A stretch of DNA of 64,000 nt from Atractiella rhizophila (taxonomy: Eukaryota): positions 25,084-89,083 of the forward strand of contig MU271224.1 in assembly GCA_021432655.1 (NCBI GenBank), read 5' to 3'. Positions 25,726-40,684 of the stretch are shown one piece after another. Numbering within the stretch: position 1 is the first letter of the stretch; the number at the start of each line of letters is the position of its first letter. The position numbers were made by a program, and so were the translations under genes. Under the pieces are notes generated by a model that saw only the letters and a program-made list of their open reading frames with translations, searched no databases and was not told the origin of the DNA.

Positions 25726-26804
25726 ATGGCTATCTATACAATCATAGGAGCTTCACGGGGGGTGGGACTGGAGCTGGTGAGACAGCTGGTACGCGCTAGA
25801 ATAGCTTAGGGATTCACTGTTGACACAACCACAGAGCTCAAATAAGGACAACAGTGTCTTTGCCATCGTGAGAAATAAGAACTCTGCAACTCACCTTGCT
25901 CCGCTCCTTGAAAGGGATAATGTTCATGCGATCGAAGCAGATGCAGCAAAGTGGCAAAGTTTGAAGGTGTGTACACATTCTTTTTTAACGTGAAGAGAGA
26001 ACTAAGTCACACAACAGGCAGCGGCGAGCTCAATTTCTACCCACACTCATGGCATATTGGACGTGTTGATCAACGTATCTGCGAAGACCGGCGGAGATGA
26101 TCACATTTTCCGTTCAGCAATGCAGTAGTCAGTTCTCTTCTCTGAATCTCTCATCTTTCTCACTCTGTCTTACAGCACTGGTGAAGAAGCTGAACTGGAA
26201 TCTCAATTTTTCGGTTATGTGAGGGCTGTTCCTCCGCCTCAAATAAGATCCTTACAAGTATTTAGTACCAAACAAACACGCTTGGCTTTGTTCATGCCCT
26301 CAACAGCTTTCTTCCCCTTCTGCGGGCTTCGACCGCTCCGTTGCGGAAGGTCATCCAATTCGTTGATGGCTCCTGCGATCGCAGGATAATTTTGGCAATC
26401 AAAGAGAGTGGGATGGCAGCATGGGCGTCAGCGGAGTCTGCCAAACTCATACTAATCGCTAAATATGCAGTCGAGCTCAAAGAAGAAAAGATCGTCGTTG
26501 TCGGGATGACTCCCGGTTTTGTCAATACTAGTGGGACTGCCCCAAACCCTCGTGAGTGTTTCGACCTTTCGTAGATCTTTGCAAATTTTTCTCACGATTG
26601 CAAATAGCAACTATGAAGGAGATGATGGCTATCGGAGGTATCGTGCAAAAAGTGAAATCTGCGTTTCCAGACTGGGAGCCAGCGCCGCAGACACCAGAGC
26701 AGGCAGTCAGAAAACAGCTAAAGATCGTTGACGAGTTACAGATAGACCAAACTGGCCTCCTTTTGAACTCGGATGAGGCAAGCAGCTACGACAGGTATCT
26801 TTAG
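25726..26804 (+). CDS. Short-chain dehydrogenase/reductase-fold protein (CsgA/C-factor-like), atypical active site
   Basis: MAIYTIIGASRGVGLELVRQL, LDVLIN, FLPLLR, MTPGFVNT, PQTPEQAV; the 5' exons are too short for the ORF track. Confidence 0.85.
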
Positions 26805-27210
26805 TTTGACTGAGCGACACTACGATGTTTCTCTGATCACTGTCCCATTTGACAAGTAAGGTCGATGAAATGTGCAGAATTTTGATTTTGCGAGGATTCG
26901 TTGTATCAAGCTGAGCCCTGAGGTCTGGGATCAAAACTAGCTATTTAAAGACTGCATAATTGACCTGGAAGGTGAAGCACAAAGCTGTTGAGTAAACCTC
27001 AGACCTCTGAATCATTTGAATCAGGTTAAGTTGTCCGTCCTGTTAACCTACCAAATCCAGTCCTTTAACAAATGGCTCTCAAAAACAGGTCGCCAGTGAC
27101 TAGAAGAAGATCGAGGAGCCCGTCTTAGAAGGAAATCTATACCCCTTTTTGACCCAGAAAAAATATGTTCAGAGAACTACCATTGATCTTGTGACTACTT
27201 CCTCGAAGCG

Positions 27211-28141
27211 TTACGGATCCAGAAGGAGACGACAAGTGAAGTGTCCTCCGTCCGTGGGAAGGAAGCCTTGAAACCGTGAAATACCGAGCTGTGGCGGCCT
27301 TTCAGCTTTCGAACCGGAGGCAAGAACAATCACACTCTATCTTCCACCGTAATCTTAGGGCCTTTTTTGTAGTCTTGCAGAGCGATTCGTAGCCTCTCAC
27401 CACCTTTCTTTCCAGAGAAATCATCGTTTTCAAGGTATTTAATGTAATCCACGATCTCAGAAGTCTTAAGTGGTCGTCCAAACCTGGGAGCCTTCTCATG
27501 AAGATAAAAGGAAGAGGGCAAACACACTCACACCTTATTAACGGCATCTAACGCGTCCCAAACAGTCACCCCATCTTCATTTTTGCAAGTATTCTGGCCA
27601 TATGGTATATAGTGGAATGTGAAACTTCTGAGTAATGGAAGTTGGAGGGAAACGGTCTGACAGTAGGCGGTTGGATGCAAGTACAGTTTTTCTTGTTTCT
27701 CTGCTGAAATGTAGACTGCCCAGTCTGTGATAGAGGAGTAAGAGTTGGTGAAGAGATCAGATATGTGTGCGAGACTGGTTTCGGAACTGTATAAAGTCGC
27801 ACGAAGCCCTGTTCCCTCACCAAACCTGAATACTGACGTAGGCAGACGAAGGAAAAGATAGACGAACGTATATCTATTTTTCGGATGCGGTCGCAGATGT
27901 TCACCTCCCCACACCTTTTCAGATGTGCTGCACATCCACTAGCTAGCTCACTCCAGGAAAGGACAGAGTGGTTCCTCTTTGGGCGGCTGAGGTAGCATCG
28001 CTTGCAGAGTTCCTTCCACCTTTCTTCATCGTACAGCATTCTGATGGACTTGCAAGTTTGAGAGAATGAGACGTGATCCGATAACGTTGCGATTTCTGAA
28101 AGGATGGAGGCTAACAGTTCGGGTGGAAGGGTTATGAGCAT
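27211..28141 (-). CDS. F-box domain protein
   Basis: MLITLPPELLASILSEIATLSDHVSFSQTCKSIR...WKELC; downstream exons inferred from GT-AG introns. Confidence 0.65.
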
Positions 28142-31100
28142 GGAGTTAGCACCTGTAATAATTGAATTAATGAGTGCGAGCTGCAGAGTAAAGTGTAGAG
28201 TGCATTCTTTTAATATCATTTCGCAGTCCAGGAAATGGAGATGTTGCTGGGGATGAAGGAAGAAGAAGAGCTGAAATGGAGAGCGAGGTGCCAGTTGCCA
28301 CCCACTAAAATTAGGATACTGACTCTCGAAGCTCGAAGGACAGACGGACCGCGCTATCAGGATTCGTGGCATCTCTTACCCTCCGTTTTCTTCCCTTCAC
28401 GTTCGTCCCCCGTGTTTCGAAGAGTTCGGCGTATCTCCGTTGACTGATGACACGAGAAATGAGTAAGGATGCACGTCCAGTTACAGGCATGCACCGCCGA
28501 TGTATAACAAGAACAGCTGACTTAGCGCACCTTTGCTGTTAAGCCACTGTAATTGGTTCGTCTCGACTCATGCAACGACGTCCATGAGCAGGAAACTGAT
28601 AGGCGCATGCCTTAGAGAGACCCCTTTGCATGAAGGAGACAGTACAGACAGCTAGAGGAGGGTACACATGAGAGCATTCATTCAAAGACATTTGCAATGG
28701 TACAGGGTGCAGGAAGGAGAGATGGAGCAGGCGCACGCCTTGGCTCACTGTCCACGTTCGTAAGCAGTTCCAGGATGCTGCTGTTCTTACGCTCATATCA
28801 GCGGGAGCTGCTGCATCTCCTAGATGCCCTTAATCCAATGTTCAAACATCAGTTCAAGGTAAGGCTGCACATTCGAGGCCCTGACTATGGAAGAAAGTTC
28901 GTATCTTCTGTCATTTTTGGTGTCGACGTAAAGCTATCAAAATGATGCCACGCAATTACGATCTCTGTAATGACTACTGATAGGATTTCAAGGCACCTCT
29001 TGAACGGTCCGTTCTACCTTTTTGCATGAGTTGGAGAAAGGATAGAGCTCTTGAGGCACTGCGCCATTGTCAGCCTTTCGTGTGTGCAGGGAAACAAACG
29101 TTATAGAGACATGGAGGAGTGCAGTCCGTCGTGCTACCCCTGAAAGATTTGTTTCGAAGAGACTGCTCTGGAGCAGACGTTCTGTGGCAAGTACGAAAGA
29201 GCTCGTTCGGATGTGAGATGAAAGAAGGCACAAAAGGGACAGGCGAGTGATGGATTGGGTTCCTAAACTTCTATCGATTCGAACTCCAGTACTAAGATGA
29301 GTGGTAAGTATACTACTTCGTCGAATCATGATTCTTTTAACCAGCGAACATAGTGTTCCCGAACGATTGCGAAATAACATACTACTTCTCACGCACGGCG
29401 CGCTCCATAATCCTCGAGTCAACTCTCCTGTCCCTCATTGCAGTAGGAGATCCACGAGCTCGGACTTTCGAGGAACACACCGTCTTCCCTCTTGGGACTT
29501 GCAATCGTGTATTCACTCTCGAGGGAGAAGAGGTACTCCCCACGAACGACCCGAACACATGGCTGGAGTACCAGGAATGCCTTTGTGGGAATTTCACAAC
29601 AGTGGGAAAACGACCGTCAACGATCAGAGCTCATTTCATAAATTGCAGGAGAAGATATGAGGAGTTTTACGAATTGTGCCCGGACCCAATGGCAGTTTTG
29701 TGTTCTTGGTTGAATTTTCTCTCGAGATAGAAAGAAAGAAGTTTTCTGAAGTTGTAAGCTTTGTGCATTGTCTGCTGTTACCGTAGCATAACCAAAAAGT
29801 ATAACTAGTAATTTACTTTGTTCAAGGTTGTTCATGCTTCTATTAACGACAGTTTATGGTTCTATTAATGTCTCATAATAACCAGCCAGATTGGTGAAAG
29901 TGCGCATCTACACAGAGATCTGTTGTCATTCTGTTTTCTCTGTGTGCATCGGCAATCATATCACTAGCAGTTACAGAACTATTGATTCGTGAGGAAATCG
30001 TTACTGATTCGGACAACTGAAGGGCTACTCGAAACAATTATCATGAAAGTGTGATATGGTCTCACCTGCTATGATTATATATCCAAATCAATTTTCTCCG
30101 TTTGAGTTCTCACTCTGTCTCCTTTTATTCCTGCGTTTGGCGCTGGGTTTTGCTGCCTCGTCTGATTGGTGCATTTCAAATTTGGGACACTGGCGGGCGG
30201 AAGTGGTGAAGCGAAAAAAATGATAGACCACCTCTGTGTACTTCTACATCAATATCAATATCCACCCAAACACACCGTTAGTGCCACAAACCGGCGGGTT
30301 GAACGGAAGGAGAGACCTGAGAAGACAGGAGGTGTGCTAAAAGTTTGTTTCGTGGGTTTTTCTGTCCAAATTGTTATCTGGGCATGTATGTTTCATTAGC
30401 AAATATGAATGAAAATTGAATGGTGAAAATCAACTGGTTGAGGATTTTTGGTGATTGATCTGATTCGTTTGTCAGTTTGTTAGGAACACTCTTCCCTCTG
30501 CGTCCTGCTAAGTTACAGCGTAATGCATCCCGAGGCTATAACTGCCTGCTGCGCCCATTGCACCATGGCCTGCAGTTTTTAAGGTCTCGGGACATCGAGT
30601 TCTTCTGTCTTTCATCTCAATGCAGAGAGTTCCATGGAGCTTCTTGCGCGGGGAGAGGAGCGCACATTTTATGTCTTTCGCCACCATACTTCATGCTCAC
30701 CAATACTACCTAACATTTATTCGTCAGATTTCGATGCTTTGATCAACTGGCGTTAATTGAATGAACCTCAATGAATCTCAATGAACTGGAAGATTAAATA
30801 AGTTACCTGTCGGGGCATACTTGGGAACAACATCAAACTGACATGGCTGGTCAGTTGGTTCCGCTATCAATCCCTTTCAAACGTCACGCAAACATATTGC
30901 GAGATTTTGCATCGCGGGCACGAGGAAATGTTCTTTACCTGGATGCGTTTTATTAATGCGGGTACCGTACTATTGTTTGGCGGATGCTGGTAGCGTTCCA
31001 TTGTCTGCTCCCGTTCCCTTGTCAAAATTGATTCCGGATGTGTGACTCGCCTCTTGGTTGAACTTTCCTTGAACAAAGGGAGACTTTAGGTTCCCGTGAC

Positions 31101-32714
31101 GGCCTACAGGTGTCCGTCAGTCAGACTACGAAGCGTTTTGCGTTATATCTTACCTTTCACAGGTCTGTTTCGGACCAAAAGTGGACAGTCAAGCTCGTTG
31201 TCTCTGATCTCCCTGATGGTATACTTTAGAACAACCGCACAGCAATTTCACGAAGCATTGTTTACACCTTCTCTGTCTTATCGGGCCATGTCCGAAGTTT
31301 GCGGCTCCCTTGTCGTTAGTATAAAAGGGCCTCTTCCAACCTCCATCCTACCCTCCCATTGCCTTTTCTTTGGTTGCACCCTTCCCATAGGTAGGAGATC
31401 AAGCACATGAAAGTGCTGTTCAGGTTTTCGACACGCAATGTGCGGATATGCTGCTTTCATCCGCTTTCTTTCGACTTCGCTGCTATGATTGGAGCAAGAT
31501 CAGAGTGGATGAGAGCCGATATGTGCGCGCAAAAGAGAGCGAGAAGGGCAGTAGACCCATCCGTTGCGAAGAAAGAAAGAGAAAGATCGTGGACGCTCTG
31601 TCCCTCCGACACCGACCATTATTTTTCGACATTACCCAAACCCGTCCAACTTCGATTTCATTACGCATGTTGGCTTCAATTCATGTCGCCAACTAGGTTC
31701 CATGTTACTACGCAAGTCGGCACATACTGTTCTTTATGGGGGTATAGTCAGGGGTGGCGGCAGGAAACGTCTTTTCTCTCATGCTATGCTCCTTGTCACT
31801 TTCTTTCCCACGCTGCTCAATACCCTGTACCTGCCGAGGTACCAAGAGTGTGTGTGTACCCCTGGAATCTCTCCTTCGAGGTACTCAATGGATTCTGGAT
31901 GGACGCATAATTGATCGTCATTTGGTATTGGAGAGGGTGAAAACTTTCTACAATGCGCTCGTCAGCGAGCGGGCTTCAAATCGAGGTTGTCGATGATATG
32001 CGGGAGAGAATAGGTGGTGTTACGATGTATGGCTACCATTCGACCACGTACAGATCAAGCTCTTCGATCGACCATGCCTCTGGGGTATTCTTACTCGCCG
32101 GGTGTTCGTGGATCTTACGCATGAGTGAAACAACCAGGGCAGAAGCACAGGTAATGTTCACTGCCACTGAATTTAATACTGATAGGGATACAGCCATAGG
32201 TGGGCTGAGTCAAGTCGAGGAGCAGCAGGAGGGGTTCAGATGGTATAATCTATAAGAGAAGACTTTGTGGGACCCCAGGAATGGAGTTGCCTTTGTTCCT
32301 GAGTCGCGTCTTTTGCGTTCACCGAAGGCAACACGTTCCAGCCGAAGAGGAGTACGTTACCATCTCAATCTCAAACCAGTTTCTGACTGTATGCATTAAC
32401 AGATCTGGCGATATGGAGAAATGGGTGGTTTGTCGAGGACTCCATTTTGGAGGAACGGGAGCTTTCTTCTAATGCTTAGACTGAGCAAGGACGATGGAAC
32501 TCTTTTCTGTGTCAGGCGCTGCTACATTCTCATGCTCGTTGAAATCTATTCCAGAAGCCCATTATCCACAAATTGATATATTCTACTGTGCAATAGACTC
32601 CTTTCCTGCTTCCGGACGAGCGGTTGTCGCTATTTGGCTAAAGTTTGCATTGTGGGCCACAGATTCCAACTTGAACTTAACAACGTGAGCTTCGACCTCA
32701 GAATTCCTGAGCGA

Positions 32715-35317
32715 ATGACCCAAGCGAGCGAAGACGCGCCGGGAAAGTTGGGGGGCATGAAGAAGAAGCCATCTGCCGCCTCCTCAGCCGGCGGTGGGAA
32801 GAGGAAGAAAGTGAGCAAGGCTTGCATATTCTGTAAACGGTCAGTCTTGTTTAGCCCTACATAATTCGCTTTTTTGCCTTGGAGCCATGTATTGTAAGGC
32901 TTTCCAACATTCTCAATGAATATACCACGCTGATGACGAAGAATCTGCACGCTGTTGATGTCGAGTTCGGTGCTCGAGAGGGCGTTGCTGATGTTGTTTG
33001 TCTTATGAGAGTAGAAGTCACATGTACTGCAATGAAACAAGACCGTGCGAGAGATGTATCAAGAGGGAGATAGGTCATCGTACGTACTGTCTTTTCATAA
33101 TCTAGTCCAAAGATTCTGATATAAAATTAACATACTAGTATGTAGAGACGATCCACCAGCTCCCACGCCTGCTGTCCGCGTACGCTTCCCTCCAAAGCTG
33201 CTTGTTGGGTATTAAATACTGAGAGGATGCATAGGCTGAACCTCTCCCGCTTCCTCCCTCTCACCCACAAGCAACGCCAGTAGGTCAAGATTTCTCAGCT
33301 TATCCACCAAACGTTGGAGGAAGCGGCAACGGAAACGCCTTCTTACCTGCCTGTCCGTCCCACATCTTCCTTTGTTCTGAAATATTAACATGTGTTATGC
33401 AGCCATCCCATCCAATTCTCCTTCCGCACCCCTATTCTCCCCTGCTACAACCGCTGGAACAGGAGCACCTCAACCTGATTTTCCTATGCTCAGCCTCTCA
33501 CCATCGAATCCGAGCCCGATGAATATGCAAATGAACCTGCAGATGAACCCCATGATGCCTATGCTCGTAGATGGATCCTGGGGGCCGGGGGGAGAGGATG
33601 GACTTTTCGGATTAGGGCTGAAGTATGTCATCCATCTTCCTACATTTTCCCTTTGAGAAAGCAGCAAGAACACTCTTTTCTTCAGTTTAGTCCTGCTGGA
33701 AGCTGATATGCTCTTTGGATGAACTAGCGACTTCCTCCGCTCCCTCGACGAAGCAGGCGGCGAAGGCTCGCTCGCCGGGTTGATGGATGGATTTCTCGCC
33801 TCCACACCAACGAACCTAACTCCAGCTCCTCACCAACACCAGCAGCAACATCAGCAACAACAGTATCCGCCTCTGCAACAACAGCAGTTCCCGCCCATTC
33901 AGCCCGCACAGCCTCAATCGTCACTGCAACAACAGATGGGGCAGGGCCAGGGTCAGGGACAAGCGGTGGGGATGGGGGTGGGGCAGCACGGGGGAGGAGG
34001 GTCGGGTTCTGGTTTGGGATCGGGACAGAGGACGCAGGGTTCAAGCGAGGGTGGGAGCGTGGAGCCTGTTTTAGGTGGGAATAAGTCAGTTCCTTCTTCA
34101 TCTTTTTCTCCGTCCTTTTCTTCCTCGCTTCTTCCTTCCCTCCCTCACATCTTCATTGTCCCTTTCCGAGATGACAATGTGTTGACGGCCACACTGATTG
34201 ATGTCGATTGTGTGAACCACAGGACAGAGCGCTACCTCCTCGCTGCCGCAGACCAGAAGGATGGATCTCGAGACGAGAGATTGGCGAGGGTGATACGAGC
34301 AAAGTTTGAAGCTGGCCTACTGCGCCCTTACAATCATGTTGCTGGCTATACACGTCTCAGTAAGGCGTTCTCACTTCCTGCACATATATTTATTGTTGAC
34401 GTTGGCGAAGTGAGGTGGATAGAGTCCAAGTGCGCCGTCCCCTTTCTTGGGCAAGTGAAAGAAGGTCGTTGATGGCGTGACATAGCATGTCATTGGCTGG
34501 ACGACAGAGGACGTTACAGACTTTATCAGAATTCAGACCTGCTTTCCGCGTAAGCTTTTCGCCCATCCATTCCCTGAACGTCACGCCTATCGATTCATTG
34601 GGTGTTGGATAGGCCGTGGCAGCTTCACTAACTGATCTTGATCTGGTATTCATCGAAGAAGCCTTCGAACGCATGATGCTCGATTACGACAGGGTCTTTT
34701 CCGCGATGGGCATTCCCGCCTGTTTGTGGCGGCGAACTGGAGGTTCGTCCTTCCTCCCGTCCCCTCTTCTCTATGACGAGGGGACGAGAGTTTTTGTTGT
34801 CGTTACTGATGCTCTTTTGGTGGATTTGTTGCGTTTTGGTAACAGAGATATACAAAGGCAACAAGGAGTTTGCGGAGCTGATCGGAGTCAGCATCGATCA
34901 GTTGAGGGACGGGAGGTTGGCAGTATATGAGGTGTGTCTCCTCCGCTTATCCCCCGCCCACGAATGCTATTGCCGCAATGCTAAGGTACTAAACCATACT
35001 GTCGGGTTGTAAACAGTTGATGGCTGAAGAGTCAGCGGTAAACTACTGGGAGAAATACGGCAACATTGCATTCAACGCCTCCCAAAAAGCCGTCCTCACC
35101 ACCTGCGTCCTCGTCAATCAAACCACACAGGCCCAAGCGCAAGCGGGGAAGAAGAAGAAGAAGGAGCCAGTGCCGGAGGCTCTCATCAATTGTTGCTTCA
35201 GCTTCACTATTAGGAGGGACAGCTATCAGATGTATGCTCCATGATTTCTGAAGTACGCGCTGATCGCGTGGGGGCAGACCGTCGATGATCGTGGGCAATT
35301 TCGCACCTATCACTTAA
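32715..35317 (+). CDS. RDS2: Zn2Cys6/PAS transcription factor of the Rds2/AcuM (gluconeogenesis regulator) family
   Basis: KVSKACIFCKRSHMYCNETRPCERCIKREIGHLC; YLLAAAD, KFEAGLLRPYNH, LDYDRVFSAMGIPACLWRRTGEIYKGNKEFA, EESAVNYWEKYG, CCFSFTIRRD, IVGNF. Confidence 0.9.
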
Positions 35318-35752
35318 CCTGGTTGCCTCCCTATTGATGGGAATGAAGTGGAAAGGGATATTTATTGAGAAGTGCTGGTGATTGTTGTAATATGAGCTGC
35401 TTGACCACCCACTGCCACTCTCTCGAACGACGCTTGGGTGACGACCATTCAAGCTGAGTTGAAAGTCAAATTACAGTACGGCATCTTGCGGTCTGATACC
35501 AGCATAACGATTGCTCTCCAGCTCACTCCCATTACTTTTCATCCCTTCCTACTGTGTTGGAAAGGCACCTTGAAGTTGTTACAGGAGTGCCTTCTTTTCT
35601 TCTCGAATGTAGGCCCTTCTCGACCGACTTTATCACGTTCTCAACGATTTAATGACTAAAGTGCATAAAGCATGGACATGGGATTACTGCATATCAACAC
35701 CAGGAAATAACACAAGCAAGAAAGAGCGAAGGCAGAGTCGATAACAGAAAGC

Positions 35753-36165
<413 letters not shown>

Positions 36166-36560
36166 GTTTGATGATTTGTTAACTTGGTAGTTTGAGTGAA
36201 AGTTGTGAGTGTTGTAGGTTGTTGGTTGATGGGATGTTGTGAACGGAAGCGTCACCTTTTATTCTACGCGCCGTCGGAACCGTATCTGTGTGCGAAAATT
36301 TTCCGATCCCGTGAGAAAATACAGAAACAAAGTTGGACCAATCAGAAGGCGGCATTCTTGGGTTGTCGCACTTAAAGTGAGTTTAATGCCGATTGTTGTT
36401 GTGACACGTGATGCAACTTTGGAGCGACCTGGGCCTTACCTGTGCTCCATATAAACCGTGTCGCGTCTTCCACAACGCCATCAAAGTCTTCCATCGACTC
36501 AAAGGAACATCCACTCGACAACTTCTCCAATACCTTCAAAGTAAATCTCAAGCATCAGAA
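36166..36560. promoter_or_regulatory. Bidirectional H3/H4 promoter
   Basis: A 395-nt divergent intergenic region with a CCAATCA box (about 36338), CACGTG (about 36405), ACGCG/CGCGT (MCB-like) motifs and TATAAA (about 36450). Confidence 0.7.
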
Positions 36561-37137
<577 letters not shown>

Positions 37138-39223
37138 ACGTCTCTTTTACTCTTTCCTCTTCTTTGACCTTGTGTATAACCATTCGTGCTTCTTGTCTTT
37201 GTCTTAGCTTTGATTCCCATGCTATGCAATTATGTCGTTTTAAGCCCACTTTTGTGCATTGGAGTTCCCTCTCTGGTGCCAGGCCGAATTACAAAAAGTG
37301 AAGCAAGTGAAGTGCAGATCCATGGCTAGCATTTGCTCTATCTTTTGGTGTTGGTGTAAGGAAGGATTGGGCCAGCTGTAGTAACCTTTGTCTCTATCGG
37401 GTCCGAATTTGTAAAGTGTAAGCATACACTCTTCAGGTTTTTTCAACGTGGTAGTCACCTCTGACAATGAGGTCGCTGAGAAGTAGATATATTGTCAGAG
37501 CACAGGTTACAGACCACAGATGAGCTCATGATACGACGCGACCTTGTTTACTTATTTCTTCCCTGCGGCAACACTGTGCTGTGATGAGGTAGTCTCTCTG
37601 GAGTCTGCACCCATGGAATCCTCGGCATCCTCATGCCTGTAGCTTTTCATCAGGATCCTCTGACAATACTCAAGAATGATAAGCGGACCTCTTGTCTGCT
37701 GTTTTCACCGTCTCAACATTGACAATCACACCTGGATATCTAACCTGCAGCCCATCGTCCACGTGCGCCACCACGCTCCGCGGCCGCGCCACAGGGTCCT
37801 CATGACGAGGGGTGTTCATAACCTTAATAACGGAAGTATGCCTTTTGCCAGGTGTGTGGCACCCATAGGGGGCCTGTTCCGGACGTACAGTAGGAATTTG
37901 ACGGAGGAATGTCCAATTCTGTCAAGTGTTGCTCAACCATCCCATCCATCTCGATCCATATCCATCCGCTGCTAATAACGACCGCCACAGTCGACATCTT
38001 CCAGGACATCTTCCATTTTCAAGCACAAGCTTTGCAGCACTCCCTCTCTAGTGCCCACCCCTTACAGTCTATCCTTAGAAGCATGGTACAACGGCTCCAA
38101 CAAGTGTGAATAATCAGGGCACGGACCAAATAGTAGGAAGAGGGCTGGTGAGAGGAGAGAACGGATGGGAGAGGGGGAGATTGATCTATTGTAATTTCCT
38201 CTCATAGTGGTGGGTTCGATGTTTCTTCAGCGTTGGGAGTTCATTGGTGTTCTGGAGCAGTTGGTAATGGCATGATTTTCTGTGACAGCATCCAACAGAT
38301 CCAGCACTTAGCAGCAACACGTATTTTGGCCAATATTTTATGTCCTTTATCAGTATTCCCCCATTCTTTCGGCCGCTAATCCTCCAGCACAATGCTCTGA
38401 TGCATCTACCAATCTCTTCTCCCAAAAGTACTGCTTGTACCTTATCAGTGTCATGTATGTATTTTACTTGGTGCTTGCTTTCATGACATATTTCTTAGCC
38501 TACAGTTACCACCACCATTGCTGATCCGCAACCTCTGTTGATGCCTCCACATCATCATCGCTGGTGACTCAAAGTTTCTCCCTGCCATTGATTAAACCCA
38601 AGTTCTGCCAGATTGCCAACCGAGACTACTGCTCCAAGTGCGGTACAAACGAGGCTGAAGAGCAAAGGGAGAGACAGGACGAGTTGGGAGCGGAAGGAGC
38701 GCTGATGCCAAACACTTCCAGTCCCATCGATTTTGGCAACGATTTCGATACCATCAGATTCTCAGCCTTCGCTTCACCTTCCCTCAGCATCAGTATCAAC
38801 GTCAACAAAACTGGCACGGGGCTCTAAGGATTTGTTTTGATGTGCTCGAATAACTCATGGGGATCCTCTCGAAAGGTTTAAATCGAACCTTCGACAAATC
38901 TCAGACAATCTTTAAAGCGTCCTGCACAACATGGAACTGTCCAGACGGCAACGCCTGTTATCCCCTCATTAGTTGGGATTGAATGTAAAGAATACGAGGC
39001 ACGAAGCATTCTCAACAGGTTTAAGGCAACTTTCTGGAGCAAAATTTTGGACTCTGAGTGCGTTGGCTACTGGATGCATAACTAATCTTGACATGCCAAA
39101 TGCACAGAACATCGGCCAATGCATTCTTCGAGAATCTCCTTCACCTCAACTTCAGTTGCTGCTTGATGCATCTGCATCTCGCCTTTCTTCAGCTTGTTTC
39201 GGCCATTTTGCCTGCCACTTGTT

Positions 39224-40684
39224 CTATCTTGTACTTTGAGGTATATACTTTATAGTTGCTCGCCAAAATTCTGGACATCCACGACAGTGAAGGTACCCCC
39301 CCCCCCTGGAAGCCCGGTGGATATCCGATTTTAAGATTCTGAACACCCCTCGCTCATGAGCATCAGGTTTGTTGGTGCTCCGAAATTTTGGAAAGAAATT
39401 ACTGCGTCGCCCATGAGAGTCAATGCGAGTGCCGCCTGTTTCCCGTGAGTTTGACGGAGCAATGGTTCGAAGGTGGAGAACGATGCGAGAAGCCATCATC
39501 GTGGTAAATGTTAGGGCAAGCGGCGCGTTGAAATTCGGGTTGAGTTCTGTGGGAATGCTGGCTCGCGGCCTGAGGTCAGTTCGAAGGGAAGGCCACAGTA
39601 TGTGGACCAACCTCATGTAAATTGCGTTGATCAGGTTGCAGGCGGTTACGATGACAAAGTATATGACACCGTCGCGGACGAAGATTGAAATGAGGCGGGT
39701 GCGAGGTGTTTGGCGCCAGTGAGTGATGAGCCGTCTTTGAATCCTTTAGCAATCAGTCGGACGGAAAGCTAGGTGACGGACATGATCACGAATATCGTCG
39801 CTGTTGTGTCATAAAGGAGAAGGGGAATCCTGTGGATCCCATTAGCAATCCGATTCATCCTTCGCAGGAGCACATACCAATAAACCCATATGTAGCTTCA
39901 GGAAGGGTCAGCTTTGTTCAGGCTAGATGGATGTGGAGATAAAATCACTTCTGACCTCCTCTAACAGAGAAACATCCTCTCAAGCCGGGGGGTCTATTGA
40001 ACCCGTCAATGTTTTTGTCTCGAACTTTAAAAACGTACAAAGCCAATGCCTTGTTCCGAGCCATCGACCAGATCTCAACCACAAATCCACAAATTGCAAA
40101 TGCTCCGAAGAAACAAGCGATCCATCTCTGACGATTCCACATGGCCCACACTCTTGCGCCGAGGAGGAACTCGCAGCTCACTACGATCACGTCACGTCAG
40201 CCAAGTCAGTGAAGAAGAGACGGAGGAGGAGGGAACACACAAAAGAGAATGGTGGTAATGACGGGTTCGAGAATGTGAACCTTAGTGCAGGTCTTCAAGT
40301 CAATTTTCAACCAGACAAGGCACATTATCATGACATAGTCCAGAAGGCCCCAGTAACTTTGCCGTTCGCTTCAGCTTTCCATCTGCAATAATGAGAGGCA
40401 TACCGATTGAAGAAGAAGGCGACTCGAACCGGCGTCCAACGCTCTGTCTTCCACATCGTCTTGTATTCGTCTGGGAACGTGAGGATAAAATCCCAACTGT
40501 AGATCGCAAAGCATGCTGTCCTCTAGCTCAGTTAAGCTTACTTGCAGAAGCGACAAGTGGGCGAACCAGTGATATAAATTCGACTAGCCGAGAGGATATC
40601 CTCTACTGCGGCACGTTGGAGAGCAAGATTGAGCTGTTCTTCCACAGTAGGGCTCAGGCTTGCTGATGGGGTAGAGGATGACAT
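39224..40684 (-). CDS. DUF6533-type multi-pass membrane protein
   Basis: WDFILTFPDEYKTMWK...VAFFFNR, LLGARVWAMW, LISIFVRDGVIYF, TMMASRIVLHLR are typical of this basidiomycete-expanded family. The 3' end is approximate. Confidence 0.8.

Noticed and set aside
33830..33965. CAG/CAA repeat tract
   Set aside because: An ordinary poly-Gln region of a transcription factor.
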